This document shows positions 11,530 to 24,590 of a stretch of 64,000 nucleotides of DNA, in pieces (position 1 is the first letter of the stretch; every line of letters begins with the position of its first letter). Source of the stretch: Octopus bimaculoides (taxonomy: Eukaryota); contig NC_068990.1 in the NCBI RefSeq assembly GCF_001194135.2, positions 78,570,139 through 78,634,138 of the forward strand, in the 5' to 3' direction. The notes beneath the pieces were generated by a model. That model made no database searches and had not been told where the DNA came from. It saw only the letters and a program-made list of their open reading frames with translations. The translations under genes and the position numbers were made by a program.

Positions 11530-12047
11530 AAATGTAATATTTGTTTATTCCTATTATTTTGAATCAAGCATGGATTATTTCATAGCCTTAAGATTTTGAA
11601 TCAAGCATGGATTGTTTCATAGCTTCAAGATTTTGAATCAAGCATGGATTATCTCATAGCTTCAAGATTTTGAATCAAGCATGGATTATCTCATAGCCTC
11701 AAGATTTTGAATCAAGCATGGATTATCTCATAGCTTCAAGATTTNNNNNNNNNNTCAAGCATGGATTATCTCATAGCTTCAAGATTTTGAATCAAGCATG
11801 GATTATCTCATAGCCTCAAGATTTTGAATCAAGCATGGATTATCTCATAGCTTCAAGATTTTGAATCAAGCATGGATTATCTCATAGTCTCAAGATTTTG
11901 AATCAAGCATGGATTATCTCATAGCCTCAAGATTTTGAAGATGTGATTGTTTATTTTGAGAATGACATTGTTGGGTAGGTGTAAGAGTTCAGATCTGGCT
12001 GATCTGAATATAAAAGAGGTAAAATATTAGGGCCAGCTAAAGGGTTT
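11530..12047. mobile_element. piggyBac-like MITE remnant carrying an internal satellite array
   Basis: The body after the array (gatgtgattgtttattttgagaatgacattgttgggtaggtg) matches 14401-14620. Right TIR is degenerate (GCTAAAGGG); left TIR not seen. Confidence 0.75.
11557..11937. repeat. 37-bp minisatellite, at least 10 copies (a gap hides the true number)
   Basis: Unit TTTTGAATCAAGCATGGATTATCTCATAGC(C/T)TCAAGA; GAA at 11561, 11598, 11635, 11672, 11709, then 11789, 11826, 11863, 11900. Confidence 0.95.
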
Positions 12048-13169
12048 ATGGTAGCCATGGCAGTGGTGGTGGTGGTAGTGGTAGCTAATTTGCATAGTTT
12101 TCCATTGTATTTAAAACAAGGCCCAGAATCTTTTCTTCAGTTACTAAACAGCAATTAATGTGGTGGTGGTGGTTGTATCAAAGTGGTGTTGCAGTCGTGG
12201 CTACAAGTCACTGATGTGGTGTGTCTCTTAGATGAGGCATTAAACCCCATTTGTTTCTCATCTCATAGTAATTAAACAGGAACAGAGAGAAAATAGCTCA
12301 ATGATTAAACACTGAATTAATTAAAAAGCAATTAATTCAATGATTTAGGACTGAAATTAAATTCTTTCTGCTTTCTGATGACAATGAAACATTTTGTGAT
12401 TAGTTTTACTTAATCTTGGCTTCAAAACATCCGTTTCAAACCCTACAAATCTTTGTAATAAAATTCATTTGTTCTGAAACAATTGCAAATGTATCAGGGC
12501 CTTTAAGGAGTTGTGCCTCACCAAAGTCTTTTATATAACAAGGCAAGTCATTCCATGTAAAGCAGACATTGTTTAGTCTTAAGGCAATCCTAACCGAGCA
12601 GAATTAAGATCCAAGACACTCCATACATGACCATTCCATTGTTTTAGGAGTATACAAAACTTATATGTCTAATGTACACTCTCCTTTGCTGATGTGATTG
12701 GGTGTGATTCGAGGGAGATTTGGCTGTTGCATCCAACAAGTTTAGTGACTATACAGGCTCCCTCAATGGTTCAGTATATAATAGAGTTAGTCAATCTAAT
12801 GGAATACTTGTGTCTCTGTGGGTTCTTCATTAAAGTAACAATACATTCCTCAAAGGGAGTGAAATGGCTTAAAGAAAAGTTGAAATTGCATTGCATTGTC
12901 AGTAGGAGTTTTATGTCTTCTATTATCTAATGTGTGTATAACCCCCACTTCTGGATAACAAGTAACTAACAATAAGGGGGAACAAGCGTAAAGAAAATGT
13001 CATTTTGTGACGAGGTATTAATAGTTAATTAGACATGGAAATGAAGAGTGGTGTTTGTTGGTGGCTAGGACAGGTTTCTATGGAAAGGAACAGTTAAATT
13101 TGATTTAAAAGAATAGGTGAAGGGCTTTGAGATTTAGCTTTGTGGAATTAAGTAGATAAGAGATAATTA

Positions 13170-13750
13170 TTATGCTGGACAGAATACATTAATGGCCTGG
13201 GTAAATTGCATGGTGCAACTTGGCTCATCAGAAGGTGATCTTCTGCATGCACTGAATGGATTCACAGCTAAGTGCTGCAAGACAGGGATGAAAGTTAGTG
13301 TTGCAAAGACTGAGGCATTGGTCAAGAATGTTGGGTAATGGCCAAAAGAGTACAATTGTGTGTACAAGAGGCTGAAATAGGGTTCCACTAAAAGGTGTCT
13401 GGAGTAACATTACTTGACAAGGTATACAACTCAGAGATTAGGGATTCTTTCCAGGTTGAAATGTTACTTCTTTGCATTGAGAGGTCACAGCTCCAGTATT
13501 ACAATTAGAATGTCGCAGGAAAGAATCATAACATGGATTCTTCATGATGTGCAAACCAGTAGGAGATCTAAGAGTAGACGAAGAAAGAGATGGGTGGATA
13601 ACATCCATAGTCTCAGCTGGTCACACTTGGCAATCCAGCCGGAAAGTCTAATGAGGGTTTCTTCTCATAGGACACTATGGAGGAAGTGCATGAGGGCTCT
13701 ACCCCATCACAACTCTCACAGGAATAGTGGGTGGAGAAAATGGATGGATA
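13170..13750 (+). mobile_element. Decayed RTE-clade LINE fragment (Rex3/Expander-like)
   Basis: LGSSEGDLLHALNGFTAKC..GMKVSVAKTE (post-YADD RT motif), then RRKRWVDNI..RTLWR; ends GAAAATGGATGGAT. Confidence 0.6.
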
Positions 13751-13854
13751 GGTAATTTACATACATTTGTGTATGTGCGCACGCTCATGTGTGTGCATGT
13801 GTGTACATGCATGTATATGTATGCATGTATGTGCGTGTGTGTGTGTGTATATAT

Positions 13855-14015
13855 GGATGCAGGTGTGACTGTGTAGTTAAGAAGTTTGCCTTGCAATTAC
13901 CTGGTCTTGGGTTCAGTCCTACTGTTTGACACCTTGGCCAAGTGTCTTCTGCTATAGTCCAGGTTAACCAAAACCTTGTGCATAGATTTGGTAGACAAAC
14001 TGAAAAAAGCCCATC
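13855..14015 (+). mobile_element. SINE family A, 5' half, decayed
   Basis: tRNA-like head with GGTTCAGTCC B box, then CACCTTGGCCAAGTGTCTT. Confidence 0.75.
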
Positions 14016-14030
14016 ACACACACATATATG

Positions 14031-14102
<72 letters not shown>

Positions 14103-14400
14103 AATATACAAAACAAAAATGTCACAGATAGCATATTGATGGCTTAAGAGTTTAGTAGAAAGCAGAAGTGCCACACAGTGAGATTGAACCCAAAACTATG
14201 AGATTAGAAAGTAAACTTTTACATCACATTGCAATATCTGTCCTCTGTTGTTGTTTAAACCTAATGAAAGGTGTTTGGCCATTTTCCAATATAACCTTCC
14301 TTTTTAAAGATGGTAGGCGGAGATTGAAGGAAATTTAGCTGTTATTTCTAGCATGCAATTACAAAGGCTCCCACAAGTTATGATCATGTGACCACCTTAA

Positions 14401-14620
14401 CCCTTTAGCATTCAGATTTTTCTGTCAAATATTAAGCTTATTTACTCACATTGTTTTGAATGAAATATGCATTATCTCATAACTTTGAAATTTCGATGAT
14501 GTAATTGTTTATTATTAGAATGACATTGTAGGGTAGGTGTGAGAAATCAGACCTGGCCAGTTTGAGCATAAAACAGGGAGAATATTTGAGTTGGATATGA
14601 TTGGTTTAAATGCTAAAGAG
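14401..14620. mobile_element. piggyBac-like MITE, complete
   Basis: TTAA at 14397-14400 and 14621-14624; TIRs CCCTTTAGCATT / AATGCTAAAGAG. Confidence 0.88.
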
Positions 14621-15721
14621 TTAACCTCACAAGCCATGTGCCATGCAATGACACTGGAATTTTGAAGTAAATTATTTTTCCAAAGAGGGGTAGTACCCAT
14701 GAAGTTTGTGGCCCCACCCAGACTAGTGAAGCCCAATGTAGTTGAAATGGTAGCCACCAGTACATAAACAAACCAAAAAAGATGTTGGTGATCTAGTTAG
14801 CAGTGTGATATTAGTTGGAGGAGAGGAAATATGTCAAAGATTATCTGAGATTATTTGACATGTCCTGTCAGAGAGAAAGAACTAGGACTTGAGTCTTTAA
14901 GACTGTTTTTAACTTTAGTTTAAATGTTAAGCCTGATGTTAACATTTAAACCAGCTGTCTCTCTCCCCCCACTCACTCAAAGTAAAAATGAGAACCTAAT
15001 GAGACAAGATGTTTCATTTGATCATTAATAATTAGACAGCAGTGGTGAGCAGCTTTGGATTAAAATCTGTTAAACATTCAGATTTTCGTAACATCATGTT
15101 TTAAAAAAAAACATCTCAAAAAGTTGTTAATCAAAAAACAAGGAAAAAATATGTTTTTCTTCTGCTTCCATATTTTGTTGTTTGTTTTATTATCAGAAAC
15201 AAAATTACTTTTGAAACAGCCTGGAGCTCTGTATGGCAGATATTCTAAAGAATATTCTCAGGATTTTCAAGGAAGGAATTTTTAGTTTCGTTTTATGAAA
15301 ATCAAAGATGGTGGAACAAGTCTTTTTTTCTGCTTTGAATATTTTTTTTTTTAATGGTGAATATATTAATGAAACAATAAATACATGACAATAATGATGA
15401 TGGCTCAGATGATAGAAATCTGGATTATATCATGTCCAAGGCTTCCTGTTTTTTAATGTTTCATTTTTACATTTTTTTACCTCATTTTCTTAGGATGAGA
15501 TATAAAGCAGTAACAGAGAACGCCCCCCCCCCACGACCACCACACACACACACCTCACTTGTATGAAATGGGAAAATAATATTATGAAATATAGTGAAGA
15601 CCAAACTTTTATTCATAATTCTGAATTGAAAGTATGGAGAAGTTGATTTTGATATTTGTTTCTTTGGGGTAGATAAAAAAAAAAGGATAAGTAACAAGAA
15701 TGGAAAGAGGCCTGCTATATC

Positions 15722-15920
15722 TCATCATCATTTAACGTCCGTTTTCCACGCTGGCATGGGTTAGACAGGAACTGGCAAATTGAAGACTGCACCAGTCTCC
15801 AGTGTCTGCTGCTTTGGCCTGGTTTTTATGACCGAATGCCTTTCCTAACACCAACACCATGTTATGAGTGCTTTTTATGTGGCACCAGCAACAGTGAGGT
15901 CACCAAGTAATTTGCAAGAC
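15722..15920 (-). mobile_element. RTE-type 3' end or RTE-dependent short element
   Basis: (CAT)n followed by TTTAACGTCCGTTTTCCA, the reverse complement of the 20850-20926 terminus. Confidence 0.7.
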
Positions 15921-15996
15921 AAACGTCAACCCCCTCCATTGAGGGGTGAGGAGTATCAAGGGGTGTGACTTTGTGCCAGGAGATTAGAGATTAGAG

Positions 15997-16350
15997 CAGG
16001 GTTTCTTAACCTTTTTACCCTTGCATAACCCTTAAAATAAATCACATGTCTCAAGGAACCCCTGCACAAGAAAAATTATACACCATATCTTTCTCATATT
16101 TTTCCATCGTAGTTCACATGGTAAATATCATATATATATGTTGATATCATATATATATGTTAATAACATAATAGGTTAGATAGGATGATGTCTATATTAC
16201 GATATTCCAATAACCAATAATACGTTGTGCATGTCTAGGAATATTACGATCATGAAATTAGCATTAGCTTATCTCACTCTTTCTCGTGGAACCTCCAGGA
16301 ACCTTTTGCGAAACCCTCGGGTTCCGGGGAACCCCAGTTGAGAAACGTTG
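15997..16350. mobile_element. hAT-superfamily MITE
   Basis: TIRs CAGGGTTTCTTAAC / GTTGAGAAACGTTG; 8-bp TSD GATTAGAG (15989-15996) vs GATTAGCG (16351-16358). Confidence 0.8.
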
Positions 16351-16379
16351 GATTAGCGTATGAAAAGGGCGCAAGAAAT

Positions 16380-16680
16380 AGGTGTCTTGCAGAAAAGAAG
16401 ATACATGGCTACCTGATTTGGAGAAAGAGAGAGAAGATACAATGGGTGAGGATACACACAAGTCACAGGAAGGTGGACGTAAATGGATCGAAGGATTTGA
16501 TAAGGTAAGTGGGTGGGTAAGATTGAGAAGGGAATGTGGTTAACAGACACAAATAGAGAGGTGTTAAGAGGATATATTGTCGAGAAGAGATTAAACAGGG
16601 ACACATTGTGTGCAGGTAAGTTCTTGAGGGTAGGTTGAAAGGAGAGAGAAGGGGAGGGGGTTTAGAGAAAATAGGATTTT
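16380..16680 (-). mobile_element. Possible highly decayed Penelope-like GIY-YIG remnant
   Basis: VTCVYPHPLYLLSLSPNQVAMY has spacing similar to the FTCxSxNxIYxIxCxxCxxxYIG region. Weak. Confidence 0.22.
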
Positions 16681-18367
16681 GTTGAGGTTGCTTTTGTTTA
16701 AAGTGAACATAGGCATTGCATGTGAACATAGGCTTTCAAGTGAACATAGGCTTCAGCTTTTAGTTCAAATCTTTTTCCATCACTTGTGTTGCTAATACCA
16801 TTGAGAGATACTGCATAATTTCCAGTTTGCTTCTCTTAAAATCTCAGAGTTGAAGAACAATCAATATTTCATGAGGAAATGCTAATAAATTTGCAGGAAG
16901 TCAATGACTTGGGTTGTATTCCTCTCTAAAAATTCTTATATTTTATTATAATAAAGCTTATATAAGTATATCTGAAACACTGCTAGCCCTTCTCATCACA
17001 TTTTATGCTGTTTTTTTTTCATCAAACATTTCTTTACTAAAAGAACCTCCAGCTTTGTAAGGTCCACTTCTACTACTTGAACCTCCACTTTTGTTGCCCT
17101 TCACAAGAATTGCAAAATGAACTTCTTAACCATTCAATCACACCACCACCACCATCATCATCATGATTGTTTTAACATGAGTGAGAAAAGACTTTGTTGA
17201 AGTAGATTTTAACTATAGCTGGATGCTCTTCCTGTCTCCAACAAGTAATGTAATATTTTCCTGGAGTCCATCATACAACAAATACCCTAGTCATGCTTTT
17301 GAAGACGAGTATAAACAAATGATAAACTTCTGTATGAATGATGACCCTTGTTTATAATCAGGGCACACAAAACAAAACGAAATACACACTCATATATTTA
17401 TAAATATTGTAACTGAAAGGAGATCCAAGAATCGAAGTAATTACCTTGGTCAGCACTCCCGCAAATACTGGCTAAAAGAGTATACAGAAAGGAATCTGAA
17501 GAAAGGGACCGATAAATCCAAGAAGTCTTTGTGAGTCACAGAGTATAACAACATAAGGAAAAGAAAGGAAAAACTGCTATATTTATTCAGCAACATACTG
17601 GTTGGATAAATCATTTTGCATCTCTAAGTAGAAGCTTTCTCATTACAAGAAATTTGGTTCTTCTCACCAAATTGTCTGCATCTATATCTGGGGGGATTCA
17701 TCCAAGTTTCCTTGAATCAACTGATTCATCATTTGCTCAAGAAGAAATGACTAGGAAATGTAAGTAGTATCACTTGATATTATAAGTAAATATCAGTACC
17801 TCCAATCTTTTTCTTGTATACACACACAAACGATGGGATTCCTCCAGTTTTCGTCTACCAAATGCCACTCATATGGCACTGACCATCCGTGTTGTTGCAA
17901 TGGAACTACAAACTGTGTGGCTGTGAAATGAATTGCAAAACCTCCTAACCATGCCAGTGCTCCTACACACCCACACAGATACTCACATAGACATAAGCAT
18001 TTAGAATAGTACACGTACACACACACACACACATATATATAGACACACATGGCTTAGAAATGTAAATAGATAATCTGAAAGAAAAACAAAGTTTTATTTT
18101 TTTTTCATCTGTTTTTATCTCCTTTGTTACGACATAAAAATAGGATGAAAATAGAAGAAATATTTAAAATTCATTGAGAAAGATAGAGTGTGTTGTAAAG
18201 AATTCCATCCAAAGTGGCATTCTTCAAGGGTTGTAGTGTTTGTGGAATGGTTATTGTGTGGAGGAGGGTTTAGAGTGTATGAGGGGAAGGGATTAAAATA
18301 AAAAAAAGATGTTATATTAATTTCAACACAGGCTATAATTAGTGGGAAGTATGTGGATACATGCAGG

Positions 18368-18414
<47 letters not shown>

Positions 18415-19026
18415 AAACATCTAACATAGGAGGATGTATTACATACATACAACCCACCCCCACCTCACCCTACCACATCAAGCCAGTGTGTAGGTGCAGC
18501 CGAACAAATACACACATTTAATCATGTCAATCTACACACACACACACACACACATAACAGAGTGTGAAAGAGATATTCATGTGGACACACATTTTATGTG
18601 TTTATGAAGTTGTGTGGGTGGAGTGTGTGTGTGTGTGTGTGTGTGCGTTTGTGTGTGTTTATGTATTGCATGTGTGAACAAACTCTTAAGAATATTTTAA
18701 GAAGGAATTGAAGCAAAAGTAGGAGTAGAATTAAAGTAGAAGTAGGAGTAAGTGTGGGGGGNNNNNNNNNNNNNNNNNNNNNNNNNNNNNNNNNNNNNNN
18801 NNNNNNNNNNNNNNNNGGGGGGGGGGGAGAAGAAAACAAAGAGTTTGCCTATTTGCAGTTTTGTTTGTTTGTTTGTTTGAAGCAGGAAGTGGTTGTTGAT
18901 TGTGGGGGTAGGTGCGAGGAAGAGGAGGCGGTGGAGGAGGTTTTCACAGTTAGACAGAGATGTCATTGTGTTAGTGGTGGTGGTGATGGTTGGGGGTGGT
19001 TGGGGGTGCCATAAGGCCAGTCCAGC

Positions 19027-19064
<38 letters not shown>

Positions 19065-19994
19065 TTCCATACAATTACTACATTCTCATTTGGAACCAAA
19101 AGTTTCTCCAATTTTTAAAAAAAAAGCAACTTCTTTTCATTCATGAATATTTTCAAAGTGACAAGTATGGTTATGTAAGAGAGGGGCTCCTGGCCAAGCT
19201 GGGGCTCTTGGACAAGAGAATCTCACAGCTGAATTCATATCACTTATGTTGGCAATGCATGAATATCACAACTTCTCATTTCTCTCTTACAAAACTACAG
19301 ACTTTGTATTTAGGCAAAAGAAACTAATATTTGTTAGAAAGAAATACTGTGGCTTTGTTAGTAAAAGGGATGGCTATCATCATAATCATCATCATCATCA
19401 TCATCATCATTATCCTTTCCCTTGCATGGGTGGAGTGAAGTTTGTTGAAGCAGATTTTCTATGGCCACATGCCCTCCTTGTCAGCAACTCGGTTACCAAA
19501 TAAGGAGTTGCTTCCCTCCCATGGCTAGACATGTTTCGACAGAAGATTGGAAATGGAAGACACTGCTTGTACAACAGTGATGCTTGTTTACAACCACTGC
19601 ATGATGTCAAGGCATATATCAGAATCATCAATCAAATCAAAATGGAAATTGTAGTTGTGGCCAATTCCAGTGCTGCCTGACTGGCTCCCTCTGCTGGTGG
19701 CTTGTGAAAAGCACCATCTGAACGTGGTCGATGCCACTTTCCACCTGCCAAGTCAGTTTCTGCACCAGACAAAAAGGAACTGCAGTATTTCAATTACATC
19801 GTTTGATGTATTTTTGGAGTTCAAATCCTGTCAGGAATCAACAGGAACCTGCCTTCTCCCTGGCACCACTGGGATCAGAGAGTTGCTGGATGATTAAATC
19901 TTCCTGATATCTGATCATCACTTTCTAAATTACCAAATAAGACTCATTAAAACTTTATACATGTATGTATTATCATTAATATTCAGAATATATA

Positions 19995-20042
<48 letters not shown>

Positions 20043-20072
20043 ATGGATGTACATACACACACACACATATAT

Positions 20073-22300
20073 ATGATGATGATGATTGTTTCATCTTGAC
20101 AGATGACAGCTGTCCCATCAATACACTCACAACACCCCATCACACAGTACAATCACTCCATTGATGAGCCCTCAATACTTTTAAGACCAGCTGCTGACAG
20201 ACAGAGTTTAAAACACAAGTGATAGATATTATTCAAGTGTGGCGTGCAAGAGAGACGATTGCGCTGGTATGGACATGTGGTGAGAATGGAGGAGGATAGC
20301 TGCGTGAAAAAGTGCCACACCCTAACAGTTGAGGGAACCCGTGGAAGAGGTAGGCCCAGGAAGACCTGGGCTGAGGTGGTGAGGCAAGACCTTCGTACAT
20401 TGGGCCTCACCGAGGCGATGACTACTGACCGAGACCTTTGGAAATGTGCTGTGCGTGAGAAGACCCGGCAAGCCAAGTAAGATCGTTGCCAGTGCCCCTG
20501 GACTGGCTTGTGTGGGTGGCACATAAAAGACACCATTTCGAGNNNNNNNNNNNNNNNNNNNNNNNNNNNNNNNNNNNNNNNNNNNNNNNNCCATTTTGAG
20601 CGTGGCCGTTGCCAGTACCGCCTGACTGGCTCCTATAGGATTTTCGAGCGAGATCGTTGCCAGTGCCCCTGGACTGGCTTGTGTGGGTGGCACATAAAAG
20701 ACACCATTTCGAGCGTGGCCGTTTTCGTGCGGGTGACACGTAAAAGCACCCACTACACTCTCTGAGTGGTTGGCGTTAGGAAGGGCATCCAGCTGTAGAA
20801 ACTCTGCCAAATCAGACTGGAGCCTGGTGTTGCCATCCGGTTTCACCAGTCCTCAGTCAAATCGTCCAACCCATGCTAGCATGGAAAGCGGACGTTAAAC
20901 GATGATGATGATGATGATGATGATGATACATCTTTGCTGTTTGGAATCTGATTCTGAAGGAATGTTTTTGTGAACTAGCATATGTCTTTTAAGTCCAGAT
21001 ATTATCTTACAAGTTTTGTGACACATAACACAAATCGTAAGAAGTGGTTGTGGGTCTCAAGATCAGTACCTATCTGGGCATTACGATTTTCATGTGACTT
21101 CATATGGTTCACATATTCTGCTTTTGACAACAGAACACAATCACACACAATATATATCCAATGTTCACTGTTGATTACAGTTCCAATTGTTCCCTTGCAA
21201 CAGGCCCTTTTAAACTCAGAGTGCTAAATCATCTTTTCCTCCCAGGCATTGCAACCAGTCCTAACAGCACCTCTCCACTTGTTCCAATCCAGAACATCAT
21301 TTTTCCCCAATCACTTCTGTTCATATTTAGTTTCTTCAGGTTTTCCTTCACACAGTTTTTATACCTTTTCCTCGGCTTATGTTGTGGTCGTTTACCAGAG
21401 TTGAGCTCCCCATGAAAAAGATGTTTTGGCAATCGTTCATCTTCCATTCTATTAACATGTCCATCCCATCTCATTTGAACCAAGATAACATATTGTTCAT
21501 TCGAGCTACAATGTGCCAAGTGCAAAACTTGTGTATCTGGTATGAAAGATTCCCACTTGACTCCCAAGACACATCAGAGCTACTTTTGATGAAATCTCTC
21601 CGGCATTTTCATATGACACCTGAAAGTGGTTCACATCTCACTCAAATAGAGAAGTGCAGTCAATACACACGTTTTATAGACACTGTTTCATTGTCAGCTT
21701 TGGGGTTGTTCTAGGTCCTTTAGCAAAATCACTTCTGATTGCAAACCCAACACCACTTTTCCTTTTTTCTCCCTTTGGCTTCCCAACCCAGAATAATGTG
21801 AAACCTGCTGCTCTTTTGACAAGATGATCTTCATCTGAACATCTTGTTTCAGAAGAGCTGCAACATTAAGACACCATAGCTTCTTAGTTACAAGACCTGG
21901 TCTTCTTTTAAGCCTATCTGCTCGATCTAAAAGGGTTCTCACATTCCAACAGGTCAAGAGAAATCTCATTCCTTGTATACTTGTTATCATTGTTTATATC
22001 AATTCTTTGTTCATTCCTGCTCAATTCAACCACCGTTAGCTGCAGTAAACTAACCACCAGAGAAAAGACAGACAATTTTTAGTGCCCCTTTCCTAGCATC
22101 TTCCCAGTATATCCAGGTGACCGGTGTTCTCCTTAAAAGGGCTGTTCAGACACAAGATCCTCCACCAAAAACAATTCCTGTCCCTGTAAATATCTTAGCG
22201 ATGTTAAGATAAGAACCCTACCACATTATGTGCAGATCCGTAACTGTATGCTTCCAACCAGTCAAATCTGCATACGTCACCACACCCCTATCACTATGGG
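20073..22300 (-). mobile_element. Internally deleted RTE (BovB-like) LINE: 5' UTR and APE N-terminus fused to the C-terminus, with C2H2 fingers and an (ATC)n tail
   Basis: TCWNVRTLLDRADR (APE start, ORF 21694-21990) joins near 21697 to VYKTCVLTALLY..QMRWDGHVNRMEDERLPK..GELNSGKRP. Zinc-finger remnants at about 21092-21155, 20970-21032 and 20164-20224; tail at 20073-20087. Confidence 0.85.
20238..20926 (+). mobile_element. 5'-truncated RTE LINE nested inside the minus-strand RTE
   Basis: ORF 20244-20480 reads QERRLRWYGHVVRM..GRGRPRKTW..DRDLWK, followed by a repetitive 3' UTR and a (GAT)n tail. Confidence 0.92.
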
Positions 22301-24109
22301 ACTTTTGAAAAGTGATGAATGTACGACGATGAACACTTTTGCCACTCTCTGGGTCAAAATAGTACATTATAGTGACAAGCAAACACACACACACACCAGT
22401 ATTCTGCTTATAGTAGAAATGTGAGAAATAAAAATTAGAACAAGTTTTATTTCCTTAACAAAATAAAAGCCCTGCAGATGCAGTGAAATGAAATATTGTT
22501 CTTTGAGAAATGATTCATTTTAGATAGAACAGAAGCTTTCTTTTAATGACAATTAATTAATTAACAAGAACCCAAATTAGCACTAATTCTCTTGACTCTA
22601 ATTAACAACATATTTTCTTGTATTTTTTTTCTGGGTGTGGGTTGCATGAGACTTCCAGTTATTTGAGGAAGAGAGAGAGAGAGTTTATTCGGCTAGAAAT
22701 TGCAAGAATAATCAGCAGTTAATAATAACAGAATTTGAAATTTTTATTTTCAAATGCCTCACCAAATTCCGAACTATGATTAATTATATAAACCACGTAG
22801 AATGTGTGGTATTGGGTCTGTGTTAGAAATCCCTTTACTGAAGCAGAGCAGTGGTAAAAACAGTGTAAATGCTGGTCTAAATACCCTGGAAAACATTTAA
22901 TTCTGGGTGGTTTATATAGTCATAGTTCTGGTCAACCAGAACTGACCCAGGGTTAAACAGCAACAACATCAAGGGCCTTTTTTTTTTTTTTTTCGGGGAG
23001 AAGACAGAGTTGCCTAAAGGAAGCTTTGTATATTGCCAGGGCTTATTTTAACACTGAAAGATAAAGGAGTGATTTTAATGTTATAAGAAGGAAAATTAAA
23101 TGTTTTTCAGAGTCTATAGACCAACATTTACGCTGTTTATTACCACTGCATTGCCTCAGCAAAGGGATTTCTAACAAAGACCCAAGGCCACACATTCTGG
23201 CAGGCTTTTAGAGTTAATTACATTAACTACACTCTTTAGTTCAACAGAAAAAAAAATGAAAGGCAAAGTTAACCTCGGGTGGGATTTGAAGTCAGAACAT
23301 AAAAAGAGAATAAATAATTCACATTTCGTCAGTTGTTTTGATTCTATCAATTAATTTTTTCCTCCCCCTTTAGGTAGCTGCCGCAGTAATGAATTCCACC
23401 ACATCACACTAGGAATCTCTGTCCAATTAGCTTTAGCAAAATCCACAATTTCATTGTAGTTGAGTGGTTTTCATCCTGTATTAAGGCAAACCTTACAATC
23501 AATATTATTCTTGTTTCTAACCTTGCCATAAGGCCTAAAATTAGTAAGAGAGGAATATAAAAGACAGAATTAGGTTGACTGGGATTTTAGTTATCAGCAA
23601 TAAAAATCCAGACAGAAGAAATGTGGAAATAACTGTGACAAGGTCCAACCTTCAAATGTCAAAATAATGTGGGGCATTTAATCATGCACTTGACAACTTT
23701 TTCTCACTCTTTTAGCATTAGTCACAATTTTTAACACTGGTATTAATTAAATGGGTATGGTACATAAATGATTATTCATTTAATCAACCCTGGTCAGATA
23801 AAAAGAACAAAAAAACCCCACAGGGTTGACCCAGGTAGAAGTTGAACTCAGAAAGAGGAGGAGGAAAACTGAATACTGTTATGCATTTAATCTGGTGCTC
23901 TAACACCTTTGCCATCCCAGTCACAATAATAAACAACACACACTCGTATATAAATATCTCAAACATTTCGTGTTGGTTTAATAGTATTAATGCACCCTTA
24001 GTTACCTCCCTTACACTATCTTCAAAATTTAATAACCTCTAAGCAGCCTCACAGTTTGCCCCAGAAAGGGACACAGTTACACTTAGCATATCGCGAATGG
24101 TAAAATGTA

Positions 24110-24452
24110 GGCGCAGGCGTGGCTGTGTGCTAAGAAGCTTGCTTCTCAACCAAATGGTTCCGGGTTCAGTCCCACTGCGTGGTATCTAGGCAAAGTGTTT
24201 TTCGTGAGTGGATTTGGTAGATGGAAACTGAAAGAAGCCCATTATGTATGTATATAGTTATATGTATATGTTTGTCCCCCACCTCATCGCTTGACAACCA
24301 ATGTTGGTGTGTTTTTTAGCGTCTCCGTAACTTAGTGGTTTGGCAAAAATGACCAATAAAATAAATACTAGGCTTTAAAAAAATAAGTCGAAAAATTCAA
24401 GGCGGTGTTCCAGCATGGCCGCAGTCTAATGACTGAAACAAGTAAAAGAATA
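24110..24452 (+). mobile_element. SINE family A, near full length with an internal deletion
   Basis: A-box-like TGGCTGTGTG, B-box-like GGTTCAGTCCC (24163-24173), central TA/TG microsatellite, 3' end CAGCATGGCCGCAGTC..GACTGAAACAAGTAAAAGA. Confidence 0.88.
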
Positions 24453-24590
24453 TCTTATCGATATTCGAAGGGATGAAAGTGGATGTTTTCAGGATTGTAA
24501 TTACAGCCAGGTGACAATATGGAGCCCAGTGAAATGGGAGAGAAAGCGTAAAAAATGAAGTTCAGTGTCAACCAACAGCAGGGGTTTCAT

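Noticed and set aside
11557-11937. CRISPR-like array of 37-bp repeats
   Set aside because: The repeats are contiguous with no spacers, derive from a MITE, and lie in eukaryotic DNA without cas genes.
12375-12400. CTGATGA-caat-GAAA hammerhead-like core
   Set aside because: There is no stem II, and the cleavage position would be G, violating NUH.
24110-24185. tRNA gene (also heads at 25573, 32588, 41409, 62211)
   Set aside because: A/B boxes are present, but no cloverleaf or acceptor stem closes and each continues into a SINE body.
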